DNA of 64,000 nt from Thermoproteota archaeon. GTDB lineage: Archaea > Korarchaeota > Korarchaeia > Korarchaeales > Korarchaeaceae. Position 1 is the stretch's first letter, and each line of letters starts with the position of its first letter. The notes below the pieces were generated by a model. That model searched no databases, had not been told where the DNA came from, and was given only the letters and a program-made list of their open reading frames with translations. The stretch is from the NCBI GenBank assembly GCA_026986575.1, contig JALSOH010000006.1, positions 256,001 through 320,000 of the forward strand, read 5' to 3'. Made by a program: the position numbers and the translations under genes. Positions 38,829 to 49,072 of the stretch are shown piece after piece.

Positions 38829-39980
38829 TTATTTCTCTCTAAGGAGCAAGTAGAACAGAGCCGCCACCGCCGCCAGCAGAGGTATTAGGGAGGCCGCCGT
38901 GATCGCGTACAGCTCTGGAAGATTAGCTAGGGTGTTGACATTAGTTGTGAGTAAGGCCTTCCTGAAGATCTCCGGTAGAGAGCTTACTATCTCTGGCTGA
39001 GCCACGAAATAGGGAAGCTGGCTATGCATGTTGAGCATCTCACCCACGAGCACCGTCGTTAGGGCCACGGGACCTCCGATCTTCGCCCAGCTGATCTGTG
39101 TTTCCGTGAGCTCCTTGGGCCTGAAGACTTGGTAAAGGACGATGAACTGCACCAGTACCAAGATCATCTTCACTATGAAGAGCCAGCCGAAGTCCCTCTC
39201 ACCGGGCTTACCTATCAGAAAACCGAATACATTGTAGAACTTGTATGGGGTTGTTATGAGGCTCACCGAGTACCACGCACCGAAGAACATCATCAGAGCC
39301 AGGGAAGCGAAGCCGTAATTGGCGAACCTGCTCACCAACTCTAGATATCTCTCCTTAAGGGAGCTCTCGGAGGCCTCGTACCTGATGACGTACACAGTTA
39401 CCATCATGAGAGAGCCAGCAGCTAGGGCCCCGAAAACGCTCTTCAGGTACAGTGGGAGAAACGTCGGATTCATCAGAGCCTCAACGACATCAAGGTAGGG
39501 TTTGGGCTCCAAGTGAAGCCCAGAAGGGACATTGAGGAAGGCGAACACGGCGCGGAAGCCGAAGGGTATAAGGTACCCGGAGAGGGCCATCAGGCCCCCG
39601 ACGGCCAGATGTATCTGCTGCGATGACCTGTCCCAGAGGTACCAGTAGAGCACTATGGTCAGGAACCTCAAGGCTATCATCAGGATAGCGAGTCCGAAGG
39701 GAACCCAAGTGAGGTGACCCGCCAGCCCTATGAATTGCGGGTAGAAGCTCAGCAGCATGACGGTGAAGGCCGTGCCGAAGACCCCTGCAATGGCATAGGT
39801 ACTCGCGTAGTACCTCATCAGGACCTTAGCTCTCTCCATTAGGAAGTCGTCGTCCTTCTTCCTTGCGAGCCACTCCATTAGAGGGATGAACGTGGCTATG
39901 GCCATGTCCAGATTGACGAGGACTATGTGCACACCGAATGATAGGGACAGGAGGGCGGATATCGGCAGGGGAGCCTGCAT
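38829..39980 (-). CDS. Cytochrome bd oxidase second subunit of CydA-like type (CydA')
   Basis: HIVLVNL, GVFGTAF..FYP are CydA-like N-terminal motifs, not CydB; directly downstream of cydA. Confidence 0.75.
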   Translation of the reverse strand: MQAPLPISALLSLSFGVHIVLVNLDMAIATFIPLMEWLARKKDDDFLMERAKVLMRYYASTYAIAGVFGTAFTVMLLSFYPQFIGLAGHLTWVPFGLAILMIALRFLTIVLYWYLWDRSSQQIHLAVGGLMALSGYLIPFGFRAVFAFLNVPSGLHLEPKPYLDVVEALMNPTFLPLYLKSVFGALAAGSLMMVTVYVIRYEASESSLKERYLELVSRFANYGFASLALMMFFGAWYSVSLITTPYKFYNVFGFLIGKPGERDFGWLFIVKMILVLVQFIVLYQVFRPKELTETQISWAKIGGPVALTTVLVGEMLNMHSQLPYFVAQPEIVSSLPEIFRKALLTTNVNTLANLPELYAITAASLIPLLAAVAALFYLLLREK

Positions 39981-39986
39981 TACCCA

Positions 39987-41585
39987 TCACCTCCTCCACA
40001 GGAACCAGTACACGGCCAGCACTAGCACAACGAGTATTAGCGATAGGTAGAGGGCTACTCCCATCAGGTGCCAGGCAGGCGGGGGATTGATCGTGAGCTC
40101 TGTCTGAACATCCATTATCCCGTAGATGGCCCACGGCTTTCTTCCCATCTCCCTGACCCCCCATCCGAGGAAGCTAGTGATCTGCGCGATGGCAGGAGAT
40201 ATCACAGCTATCCAGAGGACCCATGAGGGCCATTCCTCCTTTCTAAACGCGTAGAAGACGGCTAGCAGACCTATCAACCCTAAGAGGACGCCCAGTCCTA
40301 TTTTCGTATAGTACAGGTAGTGGATTATCAGGGGCGGTCTGTACTCGGCGGCGATTACATCATAGGACGGAAGCTTCGCATTGGGGTCTCCGTATGCCAG
40401 CAGGGGCATGAACTGCTCCACCAATTGCTTCATGCCTAGCATGCTGGGTAGGCTGGTTATCTGGGTGGTGGTGGCCTCCATGGCCGCGAACTTCTCCGGG
40501 TTATACTTGGCCACGGCAGCGCCCATGGCGTGGCCAGACCCGGTTCCCTGAATGGCTATCAGGATCAAGGCCACCACGGCGGCGAACTTCATGGCCCTCA
40601 GGAAGTATCTCCTGTCTCTGTCGTCCTTGGATGTCCTGAGAAGCCTCAGAGCGTAGCCGCCAAGAAGGGTGAATGCTGACACGGTGAGGGCAGCGCCCAA
40701 GGCATGGATGTACGTGGCTAGGTATCCCTTGGAGAGGAAGGTTATCATGAATATTCCGGCATTCTTTACCGTGTTCGCCACTATGGCATCGATCACCGTC
40801 TTTAGGGGCACGGATGAGAGGGACTGCAGGGCTTCGGGCTTGATGACGGCCGCGAGTGTGCTCTCACCTATCGTCTTACCGGCGAAGGCCTCCCTCATGA
40901 GCACCCTGACCAAGCCTGAGGGGAGAGTAACGGTTACCTGCTCTGGAGTGGCACTGATGACTTTGGCACCCACCGCTGCCAGCTTATTCACATCTAGGGC
41001 TTGGGCTATCTGGGCTGGCACGAAAAGGAGAACATCCGGAGGTGCCCAGCTGGAAGGACCTGCTAGCGGGTCGTAGTGGGCTATCACGTTGACTGGAGCT
41101 TGCATGAAAGAGTTGACGCTGAGTATCATGGCTCCCGAGTACCATGCACCCACGAAGGCCAGAATACCTATGATGAGGTGCGTCCTCGGGGATACCTTGT
41201 CCTCCGCATAGAAGTACATGTATATGAAGATCCCCTCCATGAGGAACGCGAATATCTCCATGTACAGCGGGAAGTATATGTACCTACCCGCTGCCTCCGT
41301 CAAGTTAGGCCATAGCAGGACGAGGCCGAACTCTGAGGCGGTTCCCGTGGCGGCCCCTACCGCGAAGACCGCCACGAAGGCCTTTGCTAAGGTCCTTGAG
41401 AGCCTCTTCCAATCATCATTACGGGTCCTGAGCCATATAGCTTCAGTGACCACTGCTAAAAAAGACAAGCCTAACACGTACTGCAGGATGAACCAGTGAA
41501 CCTCTATGCCTATCATTGAGAGCAGTCTTTCCCAGCCAGCTGGGTAACCGGAAAACCACTGCTGTATCAAGCCGAAGGGGTCCAT
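39987..41585 (-). CDS. cydA: Cytochrome bd quinol oxidase subunit I
   Basis: HW, GAATGTASEFG, EIFAFLMEG, NSFMQAP, PEKFAAMEA, GWGVREMGRKPW. Confidence 0.92.
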   Translation of the reverse strand: MDPFGLIQQWFSGYPAGWERLLSMIGIEVHWFILQYVLGLSFLAVVTEAIWLRTRNDDWKRLSRTLAKAFVAVFAVGAATGTASEFGLVLLWPNLTEAAGRYIYFPLYMEIFAFLMEGIFIYMYFYAEDKVSPRTHLIIGILAFVGAWYSGAMILSVNSFMQAPVNVIAHYDPLAGPSSWAPPDVLLFVPAQIAQALDVNKLAAVGAKVISATPEQVTVTLPSGLVRVLMREAFAGKTIGESTLAAVIKPEALQSLSSVPLKTVIDAIVANTVKNAGIFMITFLSKGYLATYIHALGAALTVSAFTLLGGYALRLLRTSKDDRDRRYFLRAMKFAAVVALILIAIQGTGSGHAMGAAVAKYNPEKFAAMEATTTQITSLPSMLGMKQLVEQFMPLLAYGDPNAKLPSYDVIAAEYRPPLIIHYLYYTKIGLGVLLGLIGLLAVFYAFRKEEWPSWVLWIAVISPAIAQITSFLGWGVREMGRKPWAIYGIMDVQTELTINPPPAWHLMGVALYLSLILVVLVLAVYWFLWRR

Positions 41586-42339
41586 CTAGATCCCCTTCGA
41601 GAAGCCTAACTTTTTTGGATTTAAAACTATTGGTTAGACGTATTAACCATCTAAATTCAGGATCATTTATGTAGATATGTCGACTTATTATGAAATAAAG
41701 TGCTTTATATGTAACAAAATTTATACACCGCTGAATAAAAGTAATCGGATTTTCTCATGTTGATAATCGAAGGTACCATCTGCATTAGGCGAAAACATTG
41801 CCTAAAATAATTCATGATAACGAATTCGGCAACCACTCCCATGGCCATCTTCTCTCACGCTATTTCCTGCAGTTCTCAGGTATCATCTCATCATTCACGA
41901 TGAATATCGTGACGTCCGTGGCTAACCTCGTAATGAAGGGAGATGAGGCTCCTGATAAGTATCACTGAGCAGGCTCCTATTAACCCCCTAAGGGTCCTAC
42001 CAGCTCGGTCACGTGCCATAGAGGACAGCCTACCGTCCCTCATAGCCCTCATGAAGGGCGCTGGGACCTATGTTCCTTAAAGTATGCCCTATTCCAGATG
42101 GCCATGTAAGGCTAGAGCTGCTCTAAGGACTCTCTCCAAAAGGGCTATATCAATCCCCTCCCCTAAGCAGGAACTGGTGGGCTGAAAGCACTGGCTGCTA
42201 GCGTGACTTCAGCAAACACTATACATGATGTCTATCAGCTTGTCTGGACTTTCTCTCCCAGAGTCAGCTCGAGCATAGCCTTAGGTGCCGTCACCAGCTC
42301 CACGGAGCAGCGAGGAATGTGAGGAAGATGAGATCCATC

Positions 42340-43209
42340 TCACTTTTTCATGCTCTCGTAGACTATGCGGTTTCTTGTCCTACCAACTCGCCATACCTCT
42401 ATCTCCACGATATCGCCATGTTTGAGGAGTCTTGGAGGATTGGAGAAGCCACCCACTCCTGAAGGAGTTCCAGTGGCTATGATGTCCCCTGGCTCTAGGG
42501 TCATCCCAGTGCTCAGTATGGTAATTATATCCCAAGGTTTGAATATCATCTGACTCGAGCTGGCATGCTGCCTCCTCTCCCCGTTAACCCATGTGGTCAC
42601 CCCTAGCTCCTCGAAGTCCACTGAAACGTCTATCCAAGGGCCTATTGGGGCAAATGTATCGATACTCTTACCCCTGACCCACTGACCATCCCTCCTCTGA
42701 AGATCCCTGGCCGTGACGTCGTTGAATACCATGTAACCCAGAATGGACTCCCTAGCCTCCCCCTCGTTGAGTCTGCGTCCACCCTTCTTCATGACGAAGG
42801 CTATCTCCCCTTCATAATCCACCTCCCTAACGTAGTCGTCAGGTACTATCACATCGTCGTAGGGGCCGTTTAGGGATGTGCGGGCCTTCATGAAGATAAC
42901 GGGCTCCTTTGGAGGTTCGAAACCAGTTTCAGCCGCATGCTCGGCATAATTCTTTCCCAGACAGATTATCTTGGGCGGAGAAGTGAGGGGCCTGAGGAGC
43001 TTCACCTCTTCCAGAGGTATGGTTCGATCCAGTGTCTTATCCTCAAGTTTAAGCACCTCATCTATGAGGGGGAGGTTTATTAATGCCTCCAGACTTGGAG
43101 GTAATTCCCTCCCTATCTTCTCAGAGATGACGTTAGAGGGGGCTATTTCACCATCCTGCTCCACACCGTAGTCCATGGTCCTGCCGTGGACGAACCTGAC
43201 CAGGCGCAT
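42340..43209 (-). CDS. Fumarylacetoacetate hydrolase family protein
   Basis: KIICLGKNYAEH, DYEGE, NDVTARDLQ, GKSIDTFAPIGP, TGTPSGVG. Confidence 0.93.
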   Translation of the reverse strand: MRLVRFVHGRTMDYGVEQDGEIAPSNVISEKIGRELPPSLEALINLPLIDEVLKLEDKTLDRTIPLEEVKLLRPLTSPPKIICLGKNYAEHAAETGFEPPKEPVIFMKARTSLNGPYDDVIVPDDYVREVDYEGEIAFVMKKGGRRLNEGEARESILGYMVFNDVTARDLQRRDGQWVRGKSIDTFAPIGPWIDVSVDFEELGVTTWVNGERRQHASSSQMIFKPWDIITILSTGMTLEPGDIIATGTPSGVGGFSNPPRLLKHGDIVEIEVWRVGRTRNRIVYESMKK

Positions 43210-43287
43210 AGGTCCTTCGTGAAGTCCTTACTTAAAATCAGAGGACTAGTTTATTAGGTGGGTATAAACTATATATGGTGGGGTAAA

Positions 43288-43536
43288 ATGTCGGTTGTGG
43301 GTGTAGACGAGAGGGGCAGGATAACGCTTCCGAAGAGGTTGAGAGAGGGAGTCAAGAGGGTGGTAATAATACCAGTGGGCACCCACTTAGTCCTAATCCC
43401 CCTGAGAGGGGAGCCTGAGAAATACGCAGAGGGGTGGCTTGACACAGATAGGGATAGGAGGGAGTTAAAAGCGGAGGCTGAAAGGCTAGCTAGAGAGGAT
43501 GCGGTTAAGAGGGCCAAGAGGAGGAAGCAGCTGTGA
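43288..43536 (+). CDS. vapB: AbrB/MazE/SpoVT-family antitoxin
   Basis: VDERGRITLPKRLRE; directly upstream of a PIN gene. Confidence 0.82.
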   Translation: MSVVGVDERGRITLPKRLREGVKRVVIIPVGTHLVLIPLRGEPEKYAEGWLDTDRDRRELKAEAERLAREDAVKRAKRRKQL

Positions 43537-43572
43537 CCTCTCCTATCTATACCTCAACTCTTGGTGATTGCC

Positions 43573-43992
43573 ATGATAGTTGAAACTGATGTACTATACG
43601 CCTACGTGAAGAGAGAGGACTGGCTGAAACCAGTGGCCCGCAGGCTGATCAAGATGATTATAGGCGGCGAATTAGGGGAAGTCAAGGCATCTAGGGAGGT
43701 GCTTCATGAGATCTACTACGTCTCCTTAGAAGAGGGGGTGGCTTTGGATGAGATCTTGGAGCGGTTAACCCATCTCACCCTTATTGAGAACTTGAGGTTT
43801 GTGGAGACCACTTGGGAGGACGATCTAGCGGCTATCTCCTTGATGAGGCAGTATGGTCTTTCCTCTATTTTCGACGCTTACTACGCTGCCCTAGCTCTAA
43901 GGGAGGGCGAACCCCTAATCTCTACTGATAGAGCTTACGATAAGATACCTGGGATCAAGAGAGTAGATCCTAGGGACATCGTGAATCGGTAA
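43573..43992 (+). CDS. vapC: PIN-domain toxin
   Basis: IVETDVLYA, HEI, SIFDAYYAA, STDRAYD. Confidence 0.85.
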   Translation: MIVETDVLYAYVKREDWLKPVARRLIKMIIGGELGEVKASREVLHEIYYVSLEEGVALDEILERLTHLTLIENLRFVETTWEDDLAAISLMRQYGLSSIFDAYYAALALREGEPLISTDRAYDKIPGIKRVDPRDIVNR

Positions 43993-44030
43993 TCACTTCA
44001 TCAGTAATCAGACCGCTAAATTAGGAAAGT

Positions 44031-44813
44031 TTACAGTCTTCTGCTCAGGGAAACGACCTCCCTCAGCTCAACCACCACAGCATCGGGTATCATCATTTCC
44101 TCAGGGATGAATCCATACAGGATATCTTTCTTCATTAAATCTCTGAGGTATCCGCTTTTCAGAAGTAGATCTACCCTCTTGAATGGATCTACTTCCCTCA
44201 GATGGTTCAGTTCCCTAACCATCAGGAACGCAGCTAGGCCAGCGCCTTTAGCTCCAGCCACATCGTGACTTGGGGAATCCCCGGTGTGAAATGCGGCAGA
44301 GCAGCCGCATATCTCCATGGCTTTAGTGAACGCCTCGGGCCTTACTTTGAGGACCCCAAGCCTATCTGTGGTCAAGACAGCGTCAAACATATTTCTAATC
44401 CCCAGCTCACTCAGGATGGCTTCTTGGTACTTGGAAAGACCGCCGGTCATTAGGCAGACCTTGTGATCCCGTCTGAGCTCTTGGATAGCTTCCACAGAAT
44501 CGGGATAAACGCTAGTAGCACCACTCCTCACGGCCTCCAGCAGGAGTGACAGGGCGTCGAACTCACTCGTCCTCAAACCCAGTCGCCTTAGTGCTTCAGG
44601 GATTACGACATCCCAGTCGAAGGCATGCAGATAATCTCCATTCAGGATCTTCTCCCTCATGATCTCCCTCACTTTTTCTCTCAGAGCGAGAATAGCCTCA
44701 TCACCCGGAACACCTAGCCTCCTAGAGAGTAAGCGAGCAGGTCTACCTATGAGGTACTCTCTATATCCGGTCTTTATCACGGTATGGTCTAGGTCTAGGA
44801 AGGCGCATCTCAT
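44031..44813 (-). CDS. HAD-superfamily hydrolase
   Basis: FLDLDHTV, MTGG, K, HTGDSPSHDVAGA. Confidence 0.88.
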   Translation of the reverse strand: MRCAFLDLDHTVIKTGYREYLIGRPARLLSRRLGVPGDEAILALREKVREIMREKILNGDYLHAFDWDVVIPEALRRLGLRTSEFDALSLLLEAVRSGATSVYPDSVEAIQELRRDHKVCLMTGGLSKYQEAILSELGIRNMFDAVLTTDRLGVLKVRPEAFTKAMEICGCSAAFHTGDSPSHDVAGAKGAGLAAFLMVRELNHLREVDPFKRVDLLLKSGYLRDLMKKDILYGFIPEEMMIPDAVVVELREVVSLSRRL

Positions 44814-44906
44814 CCTAGTAAGTGGATTCGGAAATGGGAAAAAGTTAGCTGGCGAGCAGCTGAGGTCCTGAAATCGCGCGCCTGAGCTGATTAGGCCCCC
44901 TCTATC

Positions 44907-45334
44907 TCAGGGATCCATCCCTTCTTTCTCCATCTAGCCCAGTATTACGGACATTATCCGCTCTAGCTCCTCCACTTGGCCGAGTAGCGATAGCAGGATC
45001 TCGTGATTCACCTCGGAATATGAGTGAACGAGGGGATTCCTCAATCCCGCTAGAGAAGATACCATCTCTCCATCTGCCCTGTCGAGGACTCCCATATTAA
45101 CTAAGAGTGGCCCTATCTCCCTGTACTTCGAGGGAACTGGACCTCCCTTCTTAGCGATTATGAAGCTCCCTACGTCAAGTATGGCCTCGATGGCCACTTG
45201 GAAGTCCCTCTCGGCTGAGTCCATACGAAGGGATTGCTGAAGTAACCCTCTCTACCCATCGATCTGATGATCTTCAGCTTGGACACAGCCGTCCTGAACC
45301 TGCTAATCCTCCCCACAAGCCCGGGACTAGGCAT
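44907..45334 (-). pseudogene. hepT: HEPN (DUF86 / HepT) toxin pseudogene
   Basis: ERDFQVAIEAILD, GLRNPLVHSY; frameshift near 45225 and in-frame TAG at 44934-44936 before MEKEGMDP*. Confidence 0.75.
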
Positions 45335-45726
45335 TCGTTATCGCCCTCATCATGCCTTTAACCATTCTCTCGTAATAGGGCTTGAAGTCCAAGTACTCCA
45401 TTATGGCCCTTGCCTTATCCTCAGCCATGAGAGTCTCATCTCTCACCAGGATTGTGATGCCAGTCCTGAAGATCTCATACCTCGGGGGGCGGAGCCGTAC
45501 CCACATCAACTATGTGGATGGGTCTCCCTACGGCGGATTCCATTAGGGAGGAGAGCCTTCCTAGCTCCAAGGGTTCGGGCCTCACGAAGAATTTGATGGC
45601 GACATCCACATCACTATCCTCCCTCAACCTTCCCCCCACGGCTGATCCGAAGAGTATGGCGTAAATGACGTTATCCTCTACTGAGAGAACCCTTCTCAAT
45701 TCAATTACAATTTTCTCAACGCTCAT
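45327..45726 (-). pseudogene. mntA: Minimal nucleotidyltransferase (MntA) antitoxin, frameshifted
   Basis: LFGSAVGG..DSDVDVA; C-terminus RYEIFRTG..YLDFKP in another frame, joined at the G6 run 45484-45489. Confidence 0.8.
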
Positions 45727-46357
45727 CCACGATATCTAGGAGGGGCTAGATATAATCGCTCTGCCATATCTTGGGAATGAGATGAGGTCCACAAGGCACT
45801 CAGTGGGATTGATGATCTCAAGGAAATTCTCTTGATCAATTAGGCCGTTCTAACATAATCCCCAACACATCCAAAAAACAAAAAATAATGTGTTAATAGG
45901 TAACGGGATTCCGCTTCAACTTTGTTTGATGCTGATGATGTATTCAAGCTCGGACCCCTTGGGCCTTCCATAGGACGCTGTGGCCAGCCTGATCAAGCTG
46001 GCTGATGAGACCGGAATGAGCAAGGAGACTCTCCTGAAGGTGCCAGATGCTCTAGGAGAAATACAAGTTGGTCTTCTCGGTGAAACTGTGCAGTGAGCTC
46101 GCTTCTCGACTAGGAAAGCGATGTCCTCCTCAGAGAGCGCTGGCCTTGTTGGGGACGTAGACCCTCCTCCCTCTGTCTGGCGCGCTGAATTTCGGAGAGA
46201 AACTTGACGACCCTCGCTGATGTTACCTGATGCCTCAGTGGTAAAGTTGGGCGCTTCCATTAAGCTGAAATTCAGTAAGATTCCTCTTCTTAGGCAATAG
46301 GTCTCCCACTAACTTTGAGACCGCATTAACAGCTTCATTTAAGGTCTAAGGGATCGA

Positions 46358-47341
46358 TCACCTAGATACGAGATCTCTCACGCTAGCACAGACTTCCCAA
46401 GTTTTCATCTTTCCTCCGACATCTGGAGTAGTGTATCCGAGTTCGCATGCTCTCCACACAGCCCTCTCTAGGTCCTCACCTACCTCCCTGTACCCAAGCC
46501 ATTTGAACATCATCGCTGCAGAGAGTAGGGTAGCCATCGGATTAGCTACTCCCCTGCCAGCTATGTCAGGGGCTGTCCCGTGAACTGGCTCGAATACAGC
46601 GTTCTCGTCCCCTATGTTCCCGCTGGGGTACATGCCCAACCCACCAATGTAAGCTGCTGCAAGGTCAGCTAAGATATCGCCGAACATGTTGGTAGTTATT
46701 ATGATATCGAAGGGTCTGTCCATGGCAAGTCTCATCGCCGCGGCATCCACGTACATCTCCCTGTACTCGAATCCCTCCTCCGCCGCTACGGAGGAGCACA
46801 CTTCTCTGAAAAGCCTGCAGCCTAGGAGGACGTTGGCCTTGTGAACCACGTAGACCCTCTCCTTCTCCGCCTCTCTTGCGTACCTATACCCATACTTGCA
46901 GATACGTTCACTCCCTCTCCTAGTAACTACTCTCAGATCCACAGCCGTCTCCCCGTTAGTCCAGCCTGCCCTGACGTACAGCCCCTCGGTGTTCTCCCTC
47001 ACTATTGTGACATCGAAGTCCTGAACGGCGTTAGGTACCGGATAGGACTTGGCCGGCCTCAAATTCACGTATAGGTCTAGCTCTTGTCTGATCGGTAGGA
47101 TAACCTCCCTCGCCGTCTCACCAACAGCCACCATCAGCGTCGCATCGGCCTTGCGAACTCCCTCGAACGTGTCCTCCGGGAGGGCAACCCCCCTCCTCCT
47201 CTTAGTCTCATCCCCTGCTTCGTAAACCTCCATATGCAAGGGTATCCCGTGTTTATCCGCTAGCGTCTCTAGAACTGGGGTCACTGCCTCCATTATCTCG
47301 GGACCTATTCCATCACCCGGTATCAGAGCTATCCTTGGCAT
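46358..47341 (-). CDS. leuB: 3-isopropylmalate / homoisocitrate dehydrogenase family
   Basis: [49 protein letters not shown]. Confidence 0.88.
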   Translation of the reverse strand: MPRIALIPGDGIGPEIMEAVTPVLETLADKHGIPLHMEVYEAGDETKRRRGVALPEDTFEGVRKADATLMVAVGETAREVILPIRQELDLYVNLRPAKSYPVPNAVQDFDVTIVRENTEGLYVRAGWTNGETAVDLRVVTRRGSERICKYGYRYAREAEKERVYVVHKANVLLGCRLFREVCSSVAAEEGFEYREMYVDAAAMRLAMDRPFDIIITTNMFGDILADLAAAYIGGLGMYPSGNIGDENAVFEPVHGTAPDIAGRGVANPMATLLSAAMMFKWLGYREVGEDLERAVWRACELGYTTPDVGGKMKTWEVCASVRDLVSR

Positions 47342-47825
47342 GGAATCTCCTCCTCAAGTAGGGAACTAGGCCTCCGGCCTCCAGTATCTCCATAAGGGAG
47401 TCCGGCATCCTCGTGCCCTTGAGCTCTCCCTTACCCGTAACCTTCACCACTCCCGATCTGAGGTCGACCTCCACCTCATCGCCGTCCTCCACAACCTCAC
47501 TTATGCCCGGGACCTCCATTACCGGCAACCCCACGTTGATCGCGTTCCTGAAGAAGATCCTAGCGAAGCTCTCCGCTAGCACGATCTTGACACCGGCGTA
47601 CTTGAGGGCTAGAGGAGCCTGCTCCCTGCTCGAGCCGTAGCCGAAATTCCTCCCTGCCACGATGATTTTCCTCTCCTTCACCTTCTCCCCGAACTCCGGA
47701 TCCAGATCCTCCATCGCGTGCTTCCTGAGTACCTCGGGATCCGCCCCATGCTTCAGGTAGCGGGCAGGGATTATCACATCCGTATCGACATCGTCGCCAT
47801 ACTTGATCACTCTACCCCTTATCAA
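47313..47825 (-). CDS. leuD: 3-isopropylmalate dehydratase / homoaconitase small subunit
   Basis: [38 protein letters not shown]. Confidence 0.9.
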   Translation of the reverse strand: MIRGRVIKYGDDVDTDVIIPARYLKHGADPEVLRKHAMEDLDPEFGEKVKERKIIVAGRNFGYGSSREQAPLALKYAGVKIVLAESFARIFFRNAINVGLPVMEVPGISEVVEDGDEVEVDLRSGVVKVTGKGELKGTRMPDSLMEILEAGGLVPYLRRRFHAKDSSDTG

Positions 47826-49072
47826 GAAACCACCTCCCTCGGGTCGGTCACTCGCCCGGTAAGGGCGCTGGCAGCGACTGTGCTTGGGCTAGCTAGGTAG
47901 ACGCGCGAATCGGGGTGTCCCATCCTGCCCCTGAAGTTCCTGTTGGATGAGGAGATACCAACCTCGTTTGGCCCTAGCACGCCCAGATGGGCGCCTAGGC
48001 AGGGACCGCAGCTCGGAGGTCCTATCGCTGCCCCGCTCTCGACCAAAGCGTCTATGAGCCCAATTCTCAACGCCTCCCTGTACACCCTCTGACTCCCCGG
48101 TATCACGATCAGCCTGACCCTCTCGCTCACCCTTCTGCCCCTCAGGATTCTGACGGCCGCCTTCAAATCGCTTAGCCTTCCCCCAGTGCAAGAGCCTATG
48201 AAGGCCTGGTCTATCTCCTCATCAACCTCCCCTGCCGCCCTCACATTCGCAGGAGAGTGAGGAGCGGCCACCAAGGGTTCTAGGGAACTCACATCGAAGA
48301 TAAGCTCGTCCTCGAAGCTCCCTTTATCGGAGTACTCTGGTCTGGGCGGCTTTGAAGTCCTTCCCTCTAGGTAGCGGAAGGTGACCTCGTCCGGGGAGAT
48401 GAATCCCGTCTTCGCGCCGGCCTCGACCGACATGTTGGTGAGCACGAACCTCTCGTCCATCTCCAGCTCCCTCACAGCTGGCCCATCGAACTCCAGCACT
48501 TTGTATATGGCCCCATCGGTTCCTATCATCGATATCACCTCAAGGATAAGGTCCTTGGCGTGCACGAGAGGGGGGAAGGATCCCTCGCCCCTTATCAGGA
48601 TGGTAGGGGGCACCTTGAACCAGAGCCTGCCGAGGGCCATTGCTGCAGCCATCTCCGTCGCTCCTATCCCGACCGCAAACGCCCCTAAAGCTCCCGATGT
48701 GGGGGTGTGAGAGTCGGTGCCCACTACCACGTCGCCTGGAACGACATGTCCTTCCTCCGGCATGACGATGTGGCATATCCCTCCTCTCCCCACCTCGTAG
48801 TACGCGCCGAAGTTGAACCTCCTGTGAAACTCCCTCAACCTCATGCTCAGCACCGCAGACTCTATGTCCTTCGCCGGCACGAAGTGGTCCTGTATGGCCA
48901 CCACCCTCTCTGGATACTTCACCTCGACACCTATCTCGTTCAACGCGTCCTCGACCAGCGCACCCATGGGATCATGGGTCATGTAGACATCAATCTCAGC
49001 CTCTACTATGTCGCCCGCACTCACGTCCTTACCCGAGGCCCTCGCCAGTATCTTCTCAATTGCCGTTTTCAA
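47822..49072 (-). CDS. leuC: 3-isopropylmalate dehydratase / homoaconitase large subunit
   Basis: DHFVP, GICH, DSHT, IGSCTGGR, CGPCLG, NRNFRGRMG. Confidence 0.9.
   Translation of the reverse strand: MKTAIEKILARASGKDVSAGDIVEAEIDVYMTHDPMGALVEDALNEIGVEVKYPERVVAIQDHFVPAKDIESAVLSMRLREFHRRFNFGAYYEVGRGGICHIVMPEEGHVVPGDVVVGTDSHTPTSGALGAFAVGIGATEMAAAMALGRLWFKVPPTILIRGEGSFPPLVHAKDLILEVISMIGTDGAIYKVLEFDGPAVRELEMDERFVLTNMSVEAGAKTGFISPDEVTFRYLEGRTSKPPRPEYSDKGSFEDELIFDVSSLEPLVAAPHSPANVRAAGEVDEEIDQAFIGSCTGGRLSDLKAAVRILRGRRVSERVRLIVIPGSQRVYREALRIGLIDALVESGAAIGPPSCGPCLGAHLGVLGPNEVGISSSNRNFRGRMGHPDSRVYLASPSTVAASALTGRVTDPREVVS

Noticed and set aside
45916-46260. 114-aa minus-strand ORF
   Set aside because: No motifs and atypical composition; the plus strand looks more like a decayed gene
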